Below are positions 12,205-24,000 of a stretch of 64,000 nt of DNA, piece by piece (position 1 is the stretch's first letter; every line of letters starts with the position of its first letter). The stretch lies in assembly GCA_043228905.1 (NCBI GenBank), contig JBHGNT010000005.1, positions 12,400,001 to 12,464,000 of the forward strand, in the 5' to 3' direction. Made by a program: the position numbers and the translations under genes. Under the pieces are notes generated by a model that saw only the letters and a list, made by a program, of their open reading frames with translations, was not told the DNA's origin and made no database searches. The DNA is from Azolla caroliniana (lineage: Eukaryota > Plantae > Polypodiophyta).

Positions 12205-12349
12205 GTCGTGTCCTAAAATAGCATTATGTGCTGTGGCGGCGCTTAAATGCCCACTACGTACCTTTTCGCTCCTCGCTCTCTCGTTCGTTCATACCTCGCT
12301 TTTGCATGATTACTTCGCTTTTTCTTTTTCTTTTTTTTGTAGTGTGAGG

Positions 12350-14220
12350 TTACTTGTCTGTTGGTCCTATCGGACCCTTACCGGCCTCATTACTGTTTGC
12401 CGTCGCCTCATTTTCCCCAGTTATCGGCTTGCCGTCTGCTCCATCTTGGTTGTTGCCGTTTCCCTCACAGGTTGCCGTTTCCGCACCGGTTCCGGATCCG
12501 GTGTCGGTCCTTTGCTCAAATGGGTTCTTGGGCATCGGTCCTCTATATGGCTTCAATCTGAATCCATTGACCCATTTGCCTAGCACTTCGCCGACAATTG
12601 TCCCTAACTGGTAGGACCCATTATACTCACGTGTCAGCCAATACAGGCCGGTCCATCTAAACCGTAGTTTACCCGGCATCTTGCCCATCCGGGTCTGAAA
12701 TACTAACACCGGCTTGCCGATTTCGAACATTTTTTCATTTCCTGTCCTGTGCCGGTCGACAAATGCTTTCTGTCGCCGTTGTTCCAATTCTAAGTGCAGG
12801 ATGCTTGCCAGTCGTTGTTCCTCGAGTTCACACAACGTTGTTAACCGTATTGCCTCCGACTCCTTCTCATTCAGCCATTTCCGTAGCTGGATCCGTAAGC
12901 TTAGTACTTGGAATTCCACCGGCATGACCGCCTCTAGTCCGAACGCTAACCGGAATGGTGTTGTTCGGATGCTCGTTTTGTATGTTGTTCGGTATGCCCA
13001 AAGCGCGCTATGTAGCTTGGTATCCCAATCCGTTCAGTTTTCGTTGACGATCTTCCGGAGGATATTCTGGAGTGTTTTGTTCGTCGACTCAGCTAACCCG
13101 TTTGCTTGCGGATAGTACCGTGTGCTCCGTTTATGGACAACGGCATAGAATGTCGTCAGGCTTTCAACTACTTGGCCGAGAAAGTGCCCCCCTTGGTCGC
13201 TTATTAATTCGATTGGGCATCCGTAATGGCACCAGATGTATTCATATAGAAATTTTGCCGTTGACGCAGCGGTGTTGCCTCTTAAGGCTTTGGCCTCCAC
13301 CCATTTCGTGCAGTAATTCGTCGCGACGATGACGTACCGATTACCTGTTCTCATTGTTGGTGGTTTGAACGGTCCAACAAAGTCCAACCCCCACTTCTGG
13401 AATGGTTCGAGTGGTAGTACAGGCTGGTGTGGCATCCGAGCTTGCTCCGTTGGCTGGCCCATTCGCTGGCATAGGTCACATTCTTTTGCGTACCGTACAA
13501 CATCTCTTAATGTAGTTGGCCACCATAGGCCACTTCGCCATATTTTCCTGGCCGTCGCATCTCCGGCATAGTGACCTCCGGCAACTCCGCAGTGGGCTTC
13601 CCTCAATATGAGGTCCTTTTCATCGCTACGTACAGCCCGTCTCCATATGCCGTCCGCGCCCTTGTGGTAAAGTGTGTCTCGTAGTAAGCAGAAATGTCGG
13701 CTTTGCACCGCCAGGCGTTTCCTTTCGTCCCGGGTCATCTCCTCCGGAGGCAGTCCTGTGCTCAGAAACTAGTGCATATTTGTGAGCCACTTGTCTTCCT
13801 GTGCCACCGTCTCATCTGCTGTCGTTTCCGTAGTGACTCGAAACAGCTCCGCATCCGGAAACTCGTCCGCTACTCCGTCGCCCGTCTCTTCGGACTCTAG
13901 TCGGCTTAAATAATCCGCTACGGCATGCTGTATACCGGGTCGGTGGAATATTTCGAACTCGAATTCCTGTAACAGTAAGGTCCACCGGGCCAACTTACTG
14001 GTGAGTGATGCCTTGGACACCAGGTAGAGGAGTGCCGAATGATCTACATGGAAGGAAAACTTCCTTCCCAATAAATAATGCCGAAACTTTGTCACACTGT
14101 AGATCATCCCTAGAGCTTCCCGTTCCGTGGTAGAGTAGTTCCGTTCCGCTTGGGATAGCTTTCGGCTGGCATAGTACACTGGCCGGTACCACATTGGCTC
14201 CGTAAGCTGCATCAGTACGC
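12350..14220 (-). pseudogene. pol: gypsy-2 RNase H C-terminus and integrase
   Basis: HCGVAGGHY...CDLC zinc finger, [31 protein letters not shown]. Confidence 0.93.
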
Positions 14221-14759
14221 TGTCGTGAAGATTTTCGTCCATAGGCGGAAACCGGGGTGGGAAGGGCAAGTCGGTGGTGTGCTACATGTGCACATGTAAA
14301 CTAGGATATGGTGTATAGAAAGAGAGGGGAAATTTTATCCCACATTGTAAGGTCCCTCCCTCCTTGGGCTATAAAAGGAAGGGAGGGGTCACTTATGAAG
14401 GGGTTGCCTATTTTGAGGGAGAGAGGCATACCACTTAGGTCGAGGGTTTCCTATTCGGTTTTAGGGTTTCGGTTAGGGTTTTCTTCTTGGGTTTTCCTTT
14501 AGGGTTTTCTTATAGTCGTTTGGTGCGGCCATGGCGGCCACCATTGTAAAGCGTTTATGTTTTCTTAATAGAACTTCTTGTTGAGTATCTTGACTCCATC
14601 TTCTTCATCTTCTTCTATCATAATGTCATATTCGTTCTCTTCTCCTCTTGAGCTATGAGCTAATCTTCCATTCGTTGTCTTAACCTTTCTCCTCTTCCCC
14701 CTAGCCGAAGACCCCCGTGGTCCCGCCCCTTCCACACGCACGCGCGTAACAACGCGACA
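14221..14759 (+). repeat. 5' LTR (539 bp)
   Basis: TGTCGTG...CGCGACA. TATA-like ctataaaagg. TAGGGTTT motifs. Confidence 0.97.
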
Positions 14760-14764
14760 TCTTT

Positions 14765-14781
14765 TGGTGAACCCGACGTGA
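14765..14781 (+). promoter_or_regulatory. PBS, tRNA-Trp
   Basis: TGGTGAACCCGACGTGA, 17-nt complement of the recalled plant tRNA-Trp 3' end. Confidence 0.9.
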
Positions 14782-14797
14782 AGGGCGGCAAGGGAGC

Positions 14798-15457
14798 ATG
14801 GAGATTGAAGAAGACTTCGACTTCGAGGAGATGATGGCAAAGATCATGATGGATGCGCGATGGAAAAAGGCGAGGCGAGGTGCGGCTTAACAAGCCGTCG
14901 AGAGGGTGGTCGATCGAGTCGTCCGATTCAACGGGGACGATGTCCCGAGGTTCTTGGAAGCGTACGATGCCGAGATGGCGAAAGGGGGCGTAGACGAGGC
15001 GATGCGGCTAGAGTATTTTCCTCGAGTGGCGGCCGTATCGGTGCACAAGGAGGTCAAGGAGCTACGAGAAGCTCATGAGTCGTGGGTGCCCTTTGAGGGA
15101 GCCCTATTGGAGGCGTACGGGTACACAGAACCGGAAGGAAGAGGTCGACATGAGTTCGATCGGTGGGTGTGCCGGCAACATGATGCGAGGCGGTCGGCCA
15201 CAACACGGCCCGTGAGCGGCGGAGAAGAGAGAGCGGTGAGTGAGTACGCCCTACCGCCGGAAGAGAGCTCAACGCAAAACGGTTCAGAGGAGCTCGACCT
15301 AGAGGTGCTAATACAAGAGGCATGCGAGCTTGTGAAGGCGAAAATCGGAGCCGAAGAAGGGCTTGTTATGGAGACGGGCCGGAGGCGATCGGAGGATGCG
15401 GAGGAAGAAGCCTCCCTAGATGTAGAAGACGCAAGCGACCCTCTTGCCTTGCGGTGA
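14798..15457 (+). pseudogene. gag: gag N-terminal portion with one in-frame stop
   Basis: ATG 14798 is in frame with ORF 14906-15457. RFNGDDVPRFLEAY...W..FEGALLEAY is capsid-like and similar to the gag at 7366. Confidence 0.7.
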
Positions 15458-16427
15458 AGGGACGGCCATGGAGGCCGGTAACTACGGATTCGGGACATGG
15501 CGGCCCGAAACATTGAGTGAGGAGCGGACAAGCGGCGGTGCCGCGACCTTACACACACCGGTCCTAGAGACTCCGGCATCCGGCCCAAGAGCCGGTGTGA
15601 GACCTAGAGTGACGGACGGTGGCAGCGGCAAGGCGGGCAACCGAGAGGACGGCATGGGAGAGATGGTGGCAAGCGTAATCGAGGCTTGCGGAATCGGAGA
15701 TGGGGTATCCACGGACAACGATGTCCAGATAGAGGTGGCTACGGACATAACGAGTGGCAGTGCCGCGACCTTACACACACCGGCCCTAGAGGTTCCGGCG
15801 GTCGGCCCGACTGCCGGCATGAGACCTAGAGCGACGGGTAGTGGTGGCGGCAAGGCGGGCTACCACGGCGACGAAGAGAACGAGGAAGAGATAGCCACGG
15901 ACCACGGCGTCGGAACGAAGGTGGCTACGAACATGGCATCGGCGAGTAACGGTACCGGGACTTTTCCCACACCTATTCTAGAGACTTCGGCAGTCGGCCC
16001 CGAGAGCCCACGTGAGACCGGAGAGACGGAAGGTGGCGGCGGCAAAGCGGACGATCGAAACGATGACGAGGAAGGTCATAGCGGACGGAGGCAAGACCTC
16101 TCGACACCGAGACCGGAGACTACGGCGGTTGCGCTCGAATGCCAACATAAGACCGGAGAGAAGGGCGGTGGCCGTGAGGAGGCGTGGCCCGGAGCGAACA
16201 CGTACGAAGATGAGGATGCGAGGCCCGGAACGGGCATATATGAGAGGACCGACAGAGAGGTCGGGAGCAGCAAAGAGGAGAGAGTCGGGAACCGACCCGA
16301 CTGGAAGATGAACCGGTCGATAATCCGACACGACCGGAAGACGACGCAGAAGAACATTGGAGCGGGGTCCGGTCAACCGGGCCCGAACTGAAGAAGAGCC
16401 GGCAAGGCCGGATTTGTTCGGACAAAC

Positions 16428-18293
16428 ATGTACCGGCCGGTTACGATTACGGAAGGGAGCCGACCAAACCGGAACTCGATCAGCCGAGACCGATCCGGGC
16501 GAAGGCTAAGTCGGCATGATTGGAGGTCGAGGCGAACAGGCCACAACACCCGGTGGGAGCCGGTGAGCGCGAGAAGGAGGCCAAGCATGCACATGGAGTA
16601 CGACTCGGTGGGAGGCCAAGAGCGAGAGGGACCCTCACCTATTCTTGAGACTTTGGCGGTTGCGGATCGACGTAAGACCAAAGAGACGGCGGAAGGCGGT
16701 GAGGAGTCGGAGGCCGGAACGGACAAGGCTACCGGAATGGGTACCTGGTGCGTGACGGCGGACGAGCACGGCCAAGACGGCAAATCGGAGTCGAAAGGGG
16801 CTACGGCAACGAAATACGAAGAGGCCGACGCGGAGGTCGGGACTACAACGAGGGAAGCGTGTAACACGAAGCATGCATTACGGCATAGAACGGAGCGTGC
16901 ACTACAGCCGGCGAAGGGCCAAGAAGCAAGCATGCACCTGGAAGAGCCACAACGAGTGACCGACGATGATGGTCGGAGGAAGCCTTCGAGAGGCAAGCGC
17001 GGGACGACGGGCAGTGCGATGAGACGCCAAGATCAACAGAACGAGACGGGCGTGATCGGCATGAACGAAGGATTGTGTCTGGGAAAACGGAGGGGATGCA
17101 CGGAGAACAACGGGGTACACACCGGGAAGAGAAAACGTGGCGGCTTCCCGGAGGGCATACAAGGCCAAGCGGGCCAAGAGGGCGCAAGTCGAGGCGAGGC
17201 GATAACGAGAGCCTTGAGGGGCACCGACATGGAGGTCGGGATGATGGTACGCTCTATGGCGAGAGAGCACGATGGGCAAAGGAGAGGAAAGGAATGCGGA
17301 ATGGGGCTGCCTAAGGGCCAAAGAATGAGCGCATATTCGGGGGACAACATCGACGCATGGGAAGAGTCTACGGAAGGCAAGCGCAGAGCGGGAAGAGTGG
17401 ACACACCGAGGTGTTCGACATGCGGAGACGATGAAACCAAAGGAGCGGCACGCAAAGGGCGGAAACCGGAGTGCGACCGGAGAGATCCGGAGCGCATCTG
17501 GAGGACATGCGAGGCAGACCAAGAGGGTGTACCTCGGGGCGAAGCGGCAACATCGGAGGTTGTGGAGGACACCGAAGACGAGAGCACCGACACGGATGTC
17601 GGGGAAGCAACGTACCTTTTCGAAAGGGTACGCAGAGCGGAGCGGAGTGCGAGACGTGCGATGTGGCCGCGTAAGGGCCGAACGACAAGCACGAGGATGA
17701 TCGGCGAGCATGGAAGGCTATGTCTTGAGAACCGGAGGAGGTGCGTGGAGAGCAACGGGCTACGGAAGCGCGGCGTCCCGGAAGGCATGCGAGGCCAAGC
17801 GGGCCAAGAGGACGAGAGACGGGATGAAGCGGTGACGGGAGTTGCGGAGGACACTGACATGGTGGTCGGGATGACGGTACGCTCTACGGCGAGAGAGCAC
17901 GGCGTGCAACGGAGAAGTGAGGAGCGTGTAATGAGGTCGTTGAGGGACCGAAGAACGAGCGCATGTTCGGGAGACAACAAGGGCCCACGGAAAGATCCTA
18001 CAGAAGGTGAGCGCGAAACAGAGGGAATCGGCGCGAGGTGTTTGAGACGAAGGGAGGATCGAGCTAGAGATAGAACACAAGCGGTATGCGAGGGGCAGAA
18101 TCCGGTGAGCAAACGGGGTGACCAAGGGCCTAATCGGAGGACCTATGTGGCGGACAAAGAAAGAGTGACCGGATCGGCAATGGCGTTCGGGAGGACCGAC
18201 CGGGGAGGAAGGTGCGTGTGGTGGATATGGCGGTTCGGATGGAGCCGCCGGTTCGGGGACACACGGTGGACGTGGTGGATCAGATGGAGCTGA
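16428..18293 (+). CDS. 621-aa low-complexity R/G/E-rich ORF with internal repeats; function unknown, may be non-coding
   Basis: Open frame in GC- and purine-rich repeated DNA. No recognisable domain. Confidence 0.3.
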   Translation: MYRPVTITEGSRPNRNSISRDRSGRRLSRHDWRSRRTGHNTRWEPVSARRRPSMHMEYDSVGGQEREGPSPILETLAVADRRKTKETAEGGEESEAGTDKATGMGTWCVTADEHGQDGKSESKGATATKYEEADAEVGTTTREACNTKHALRHRTERALQPAKGQEASMHLEEPQRVTDDDGRRKPSRGKRGTTGSAMRRQDQQNETGVIGMNEGLCLGKRRGCTENNGVHTGKRKRGGFPEGIQGQAGQEGASRGEAITRALRGTDMEVGMMVRSMAREHDGQRRGKECGMGLPKGQRMSAYSGDNIDAWEESTEGKRRAGRVDTPRCSTCGDDETKGAARKGRKPECDRRDPERIWRTCEADQEGVPRGEAATSEVVEDTEDESTDTDVGEATYLFERVRRAERSARRAMWPRKGRTTSTRMIGEHGRLCLENRRRCVESNGLRKRGVPEGMRGQAGQEDERRDEAVTGVAEDTDMVVGMTVRSTAREHGVQRRSEERVMRSLRDRRTSACSGDNKGPRKDPTEGERETEGIGARCLRRREDRARDRTQAVCEGQNPVSKRGDQGPNRRTYVADKERVTGSAMAFGRTDRGGRCVWWIWRFGWSRRFGDTRWTWWIRWS

Positions 18294-18433
18294 CGGGTCG
18301 GGGCCGGCAAGGGACCGGCAAGACGGTTGGGTGCCGGTAAGGAGAAAGACCCGGTTGATCACCGTCGCCGAAATCTCTCACCCTTTTCCTTTCTTGGCAC
18401 ATACCGGTGGATGTGCGGTTTGGTGGGGGTGGA

Positions 18434-18998
18434 TGTCGTGAAGATTTTCGTCCATAGGCGGAAACCGGGGTGGGAAGGGCAAGTCGGTGGTGTGCTACAT
18501 GTGCACATGTAAACTAGGATATGGTGTATAGAAAGAGAGGGGAAATTTTATCCCACATTGTAAGGTCCCTCCCTCCTTGGGCTATAAAAGGAAGGGAGGG
18601 GTCACTTATGAAGGGGTTGCCTATTTTGAGGGAGAGAGGCATACCACTTAGGTCGAGGGTTTCCTATTCGGTTTTAGGGTTTCGGTTAGGGTTTTCTTCT
18701 TGGGTTTTCCTTTAGGGTTTTCTTCTTGGGTTTTCCTTTAGGGTTTTCTTATAGTCGTTTGGTGCGGCCATGGCGGCCACCATTGTAAAGCGTTTATGTT
18801 TTCTTAATAGAACTTCTTGTTGAGTATCTTGACTCCATCTTCTTCATCTTCTTCTATCATAATGTCATATTCGTTCTCTTCTCCTCTTGAGCTATGAGCT
18901 AATCTTCCATTCGTTGTCTTAACCTTTCTCCTCTTCTCCCTAGTCCAAAACCCCTGTGGTCCCGCCCCTTCCACACGCACGCGCGTAACAACGCGACA
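18434..18998 (+). repeat. 3' LTR (565 bp, includes a 26-bp tandem duplication)
   Basis: Matches 14221-14759 with an extra agggttttcttcttgggttttccttt unit. Confidence 0.97.
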
Positions 18999-19002
18999 AC
19001 GC

Positions 19003-21005
19003 TTCCGATTGCGATGTCGGAGGCGTTCACGAACACATGAAATTCTTTACTCCAATCTGGAGGCTGCACTACCGGTGCTTGCGACAATAGTACCTTGAGG
19101 GCCCTATACGCCCTATCCTCGGTGTCGGTCCACTGGAATGGTGTTCGATGTACTGCGGCATGCAACGGTGTAGCCAGGTTGGCCAAGTATCGGAGCATCT
19201 GGCTGTGCCACCGGATCTGGCCTAAGAACCGGCTCAATGCCTTTGCCGTTGCCGGCGCCGATGCTTCTAATATGGCTTTCACTTTGTCCGGGTCGACTGC
19301 AATGCCTTCCTGGGTCACAATATGTCCTAGTAGGGTTCCACTGGACATGCCAAATACACACTTCGCCGGATTCAAGCTTAACCGGTACTCTCTACACTTT
19401 TCTAGACAAAGACGGAGGTGCTGCAAATGATCCTCTTCCCGGCTATAGACGGCGAAATCGTCAAGGAAAACCTGCATAAAAGCTGGGATATATTCACCAA
19501 AGATTTCCATGATGATTCGTTGGAATGTTGTCGGTGCCGTTTTGAGTCTGAACATCATCACCACAGCCACAAACACCCCCCATTCGGTGACGAAAGCCGT
19601 TTTCTCTTGGTCGTCGGGGTGCATCCGGATCTGATTATACCCGTTGAATCCGTCTAGAAAGCTATAGACCTCATGCCCGGCGACGGCATCCAACACTCCA
19701 TCTCTGAACGGAAGTGGAAACGCATCCGTTACCGTAGCCGCATTGAGTTTCCGGTAGTCCACACAAACTCGAATTTTTCCGTTCTTCTTCGGTACGACTA
19801 CGATCGGGCTCAGCCATGTCGCTTTCTTTACCGAACGGATAAAGCCAACTCGTAGCAGTTTGTCGATTTCCTCCTTGACTTTGGCGGCATAATTGGGATT
19901 CATCCGGTACCGTGTTTGTGCCACTGGTTTTGCGTCCTTGCTCAAGTGAATTTGATGTTGGTATAACTCAGGGTCGAGCCCTCGCATGTCTTCGTATGAC
20001 CAGGCAAACACGTCGCGAAATTCAGTGAGAAGTGTGATCATCGCCGTTTTGTCTTCGGACTTCATCTCCTTGGTGATGTGCACCGGTTTTGCTTCGTCCG
20101 TGGTCCCTAGGTTCACCTCTTCAAGTTGCGATGCTTTTACGCGTTGTGAAACGGCCATTTCCCGTTCCAACGCTTCCTGCGCTTGCCGTAACTCTCGGAT
20201 TCCGTCCTTATCCGGTTCTGCTTCAGTCTCTTCCGGTTGTGGTAAGTATGGTGCTACTGCTTCGGCAATGTCAATTTCGAAGAGGGGTACGATCTTTGGA
20301 TTTTCCTGCAAGTACTGAGCTTCTTCTTCATCAGCTAACCCTTCTAGCATCATGACACACTCTGCATACAATGGTGTACATTCCTTGCCAGTGCTCGTCC
20401 TTGGCTGTGTTGGTACACGTACCTTGGCTTCTCCTCGCCGGAAGGTAATTATATTTTTCCTCCAATTCTGTTTGATATGTGCCGTTTTCAACCACGGTCG
20501 CCCCAGCAATAGCGGGTACGCGCCTTGTGCCTGTAATTGTAGCACTACTGCCGAGATGTGAAATGTATGACCGCCAACGGTAACTTCTAATTTTCGTATT
20601 AATCCTGTCGGCCGCACTGAGCTTGTATCGGCCATCCGTAACCAGAACGGACACGGCTCCCACTCGTGGATTCCCAGGGTATCACACGTCCGGAGGCTTA
20701 TTACATTCACACCGGACCCTCCGTCTATTACTGTGTCGGGGAGTTCTTTCCCTTTTACAATGACAGTAATTACCGGACTGTTGGTGTCCACCACCGTTGG
20801 TCCCTCCTCCAGATTCGAGAAGAGTACCGGTGCCGGTGATGATTCTCCTTCCGTCATGGCTGTCTTCAGTCCTTCCGTGAATCTCGGCACGAGCTGTAGG
20901 AGTCTTCCTAGTGTCAGCGTAATCTGGCATTCTTGCAACGCCTGCCATGTCTCGTTCTCGGAGTGACTGCCGCCGGCAAGCCCTACGGTGTTCTCTTTTT
21001 GCCGA
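19003..21005 (-). CDS. pol: gypsy-2 protease, RT and RNase H start (open frame, truncated at both ends)
   Basis: VIDGGSGVNV, RVCVDYRKLN, FLDGFNGYNQI, VFLDDF. Confidence 0.93.
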
Positions 21006-24000
21006 ATTCGGCAGGACCCCGAGGAGAGCATCCCACAGTTTGTCATCCGGTTTCAACGGATGCACAGTCAGCTTACCTGCGCACCTCCGGAGGAGGAAAC
21101 GCGCGCTATATTCTTAGCCGCACTCCGGGAACCTCTATGAACGGTATGCACGGTCATCGACTTTCACACAAGCACCGTCGACCAAGTCATCGACCGGGTT
21201 AGAGAAATGGAGAAAACGAGCTCTTGGCTAACAATGGGAGCCCTCCAACGAGCATTACCAACCGATGAGGATCTCCATTTCAGGCAAGCAATCCAATGCA
21301 CGACCTGCTTGAATTCCGGACACTCGTCACTGGAGTGCACCATGCGGACGCACTGCTTACTCTGCCAATCTACGAGCCACACGATGGACCGGTGCGAATA
21401 TAACTTATTGAATCGGAAAGCTCCACAAGTCCGGCAAATCGAGCCACATAGCAGCCGAGACGAAGAAGACGAACGTTGGCGACGAGAAGAGCGATATCGA
21501 CCGGCACAAGATGTCCGGTACGACAATCGGCGAGACAACTATGACCGGTACAAGAGATACGACAAGTACCGAGATTACAATGGACGGTACGAGCATCACA
21601 ACCAGGATCACTCCCCCGGGTATCACCAATGACGAGAAGATTACGGGAGGTATGACGACCAACCCTGGCAAGGGTACCGCAACAAAAAGAACTTTAATAA
21701 AAAACGGCATTTCAAAACCGGGAGCCACCCACGTGAACCAGAAAAAAGCGCCTCAAGCAGCCAACCGGACCAGAGCCCCGCGGTTACCACAAGTCCTCCA
21801 CCGGGTATAGGAAACAATGCCGAATCCAGCAACACCCGGAAAGCATATTGCTATTATTGCCGGCAAGAAGGACATTATAGTAATCAATGTCCAGCAAAGA
21901 ACTATGATAAACGACCGACAGTAAACATGGTAGTCACCGAAGTCGCAGACCTCCAGCAGGTCAAAGGGCAAGACGACGGAATGGGAGACACAAGAGGCCA
22001 TCCGGAAACAGGTAACGGAATGGGTGAAAAAGGCAAATGAGCGAAACGTAGTAGAACTCGCGCAACAGAAGGAGAACACCGAAGAGCTCGCCGACGGCAG
22101 TCAGTCCGAAAACGCGACATGGCAGGTATTGCAGGAATGCCATATCACGTTGCCGTTAGGACGACTCTTGCAGCTAGTACCAAGATTCACAAAAGGACTC
22201 AAGTCCGGCATGACGACAGGCGGAACACCACCGGCTCCGGTATTCTTCTCAAATCTGGAGGAGGGACCAACAGTGGTGGACACCAACAATCCGGCAATTA
22301 CGGCCATTGTGAAAGGGAAAGAACTCCCCAACACGATAATAGACGGAGGCTCCGGCATTAATGTAATAAGCTTCCGGACGTGCGATGCTCTTGGAATCCA
22401 AGAGTGGGAGCCATGTCCGTTCTGGCTCCAAATGGCAGACACAAGCTCGGTGCGACCGAAAGGATTAATACGGAACTTCGAAGTAACCATCGGGGGCCAC
22501 ACATTCCGAATCTCAACCGTAGTTCTCTAGTTGCAGGCTCAAGGAGCGTACCCATTATTGTTGGGACGCCCTTGGTTAAAGACGGCACATATCAAGCAGA
22601 ACTGGAGGAGGAATATGATTACGTTCCGACGGGGAAAAGCGAAGGTACGGGTACCAACACAACCAAGGAAGGGCACCAGCAAGGATCTGACACCGTTATA
22701 TGCGGAGTGTGTCAATATGCTGGAAGGATTAGCAGACGAAGAAGAAGAGCAGTACTTGCTGGAGAACCCGAAGATTGTACCCCTATTCGAAATTGACATC
22801 GCCGAAGCGGTATCACCCTACTTACTGCAACCAGACGAGAGGGCTGGATCCTCAGTTGTATCAGCACCCGATACATCTAAGCAAAGATGCCAAGCCGGTA
22901 GCACAACGTCCGTACCGGATGAACCCAAACTACGACGCCAAAGTCAAGAATGAGATTGACAAATTGTTGAGGTTTGGCTTCATCCGTCCCGTAAAGAAAT
23001 CTACATGGCTGAGCCCGATCGTAGTCGTACCGAAAAAGAACGGCAAAATTAGAGTGTGTGTCGACTACCGAAAGCTCAATGCGGCAACAGTAACGGATGC
23101 ATTTCCACTTCCGTTTACGGATGGAGTTTTGGATGCCGTCGCCGGCCATGAAGTCTACAGTTTCTTAGAGGGATTCAGCGGGTATAATCAGATCCAGATG
23201 CACCCTGATGAGTGTTTGTTGCGGTGGTGATGATGTTCGGGCTGAAAACGGCACCCACAACATTCCAACGGATCATCATGGAGATCTTTGGCGAATACAT
23301 ACCGGCTTTTATGCAGGTGTTCCTTGATGACTTCGCCGTCTATAGCAGAGAAGAAGATCATTTGCAGCATCTCAGACTATGTCTAGAGAAGTGTAGGGCG
23401 TACCGGCTAAGCCTGAATCCGGCGAAGTGTGGATTTGGAGTGTCCAGCGGAATGCTACTAGGGCATCTAGTGAGCAAGGAAGGCATTGTCATAGATCCGG
23501 AAAAAGTGAAAGCAATCCTGGAAGCATCGGCACCGACAACGGCAAAAGCATTGAGTTGTTTCCTAGGACAAATCCGCTGGCATAGCCGTATGCTCCGATA
23601 TTTGGCAGACAGGGCCACACCTCTGCATGCGGCATTACATCGAACACTGTTCCAATGGACCGACATCGAAGACAAGGCGTACCGAGCACTAAAGGTGTTA
23701 TTGTCACAAGCACCAGTAGTGCAGCCTCCGGATTGGAGTAAAGAGTTTCATGTGTTCGTGGACGCTTCCGATATCGCAATCTTCAGCGCGCTCATGCAGC
23801 TTACCGAGCCAAGGTGGTACCGGCCAGTGTACTATGCTAGCCGGAAGCTATCTCAAGCGGAACGAAATTATTCTACCACGGAAAGGGAAGCTTTAGGAAT
23901 GATCTATAGTGTAACAAAATTCAGGCATTATTTATTGGGAAGAAAGTTCTCCTTCCATGTAGATCATTCGGCACTCCTCTACCTAGTATCCAAAGCGTCA

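Larger units (their letters stand above)
14221..18998 (+). mobile_element. Young non-autonomous (gag-only, pol-less) LTR retrotransposon, tRNA-Trp PBS, 4-bp TSD ACGC
   Basis: Near-identical LTRs, TSD acgc at 14217-14220 and 18999-19002, PBS 14765-14781, G-rich tract before 18434. No PR/RT/RH/INT motifs seen. Confidence 0.95.
8784..21005 (-). mobile_element. Athila-like Ty3/gypsy (gypsy-2): PR-RT-RH-INT, extra ORF and 3' LTR; 5' end lost; interrupted by 14221-18998
   Basis: pol reading continues across the nested insertion (DIAIGSV|LMQLTEP). LTR at 8784-9210. Confidence 0.9.

Noticed and set aside
14308-14502. Repeated 64-aa ORF (also 18521-18715, related 1048-1308)
   Set aside because: Incidental frame within LTR copies spanning the TATA region.
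16373-18362. Long antisense ORFs (207-359 aa)
   Set aside because: Expected in GC-rich, stop-poor repeats; no domain signal.
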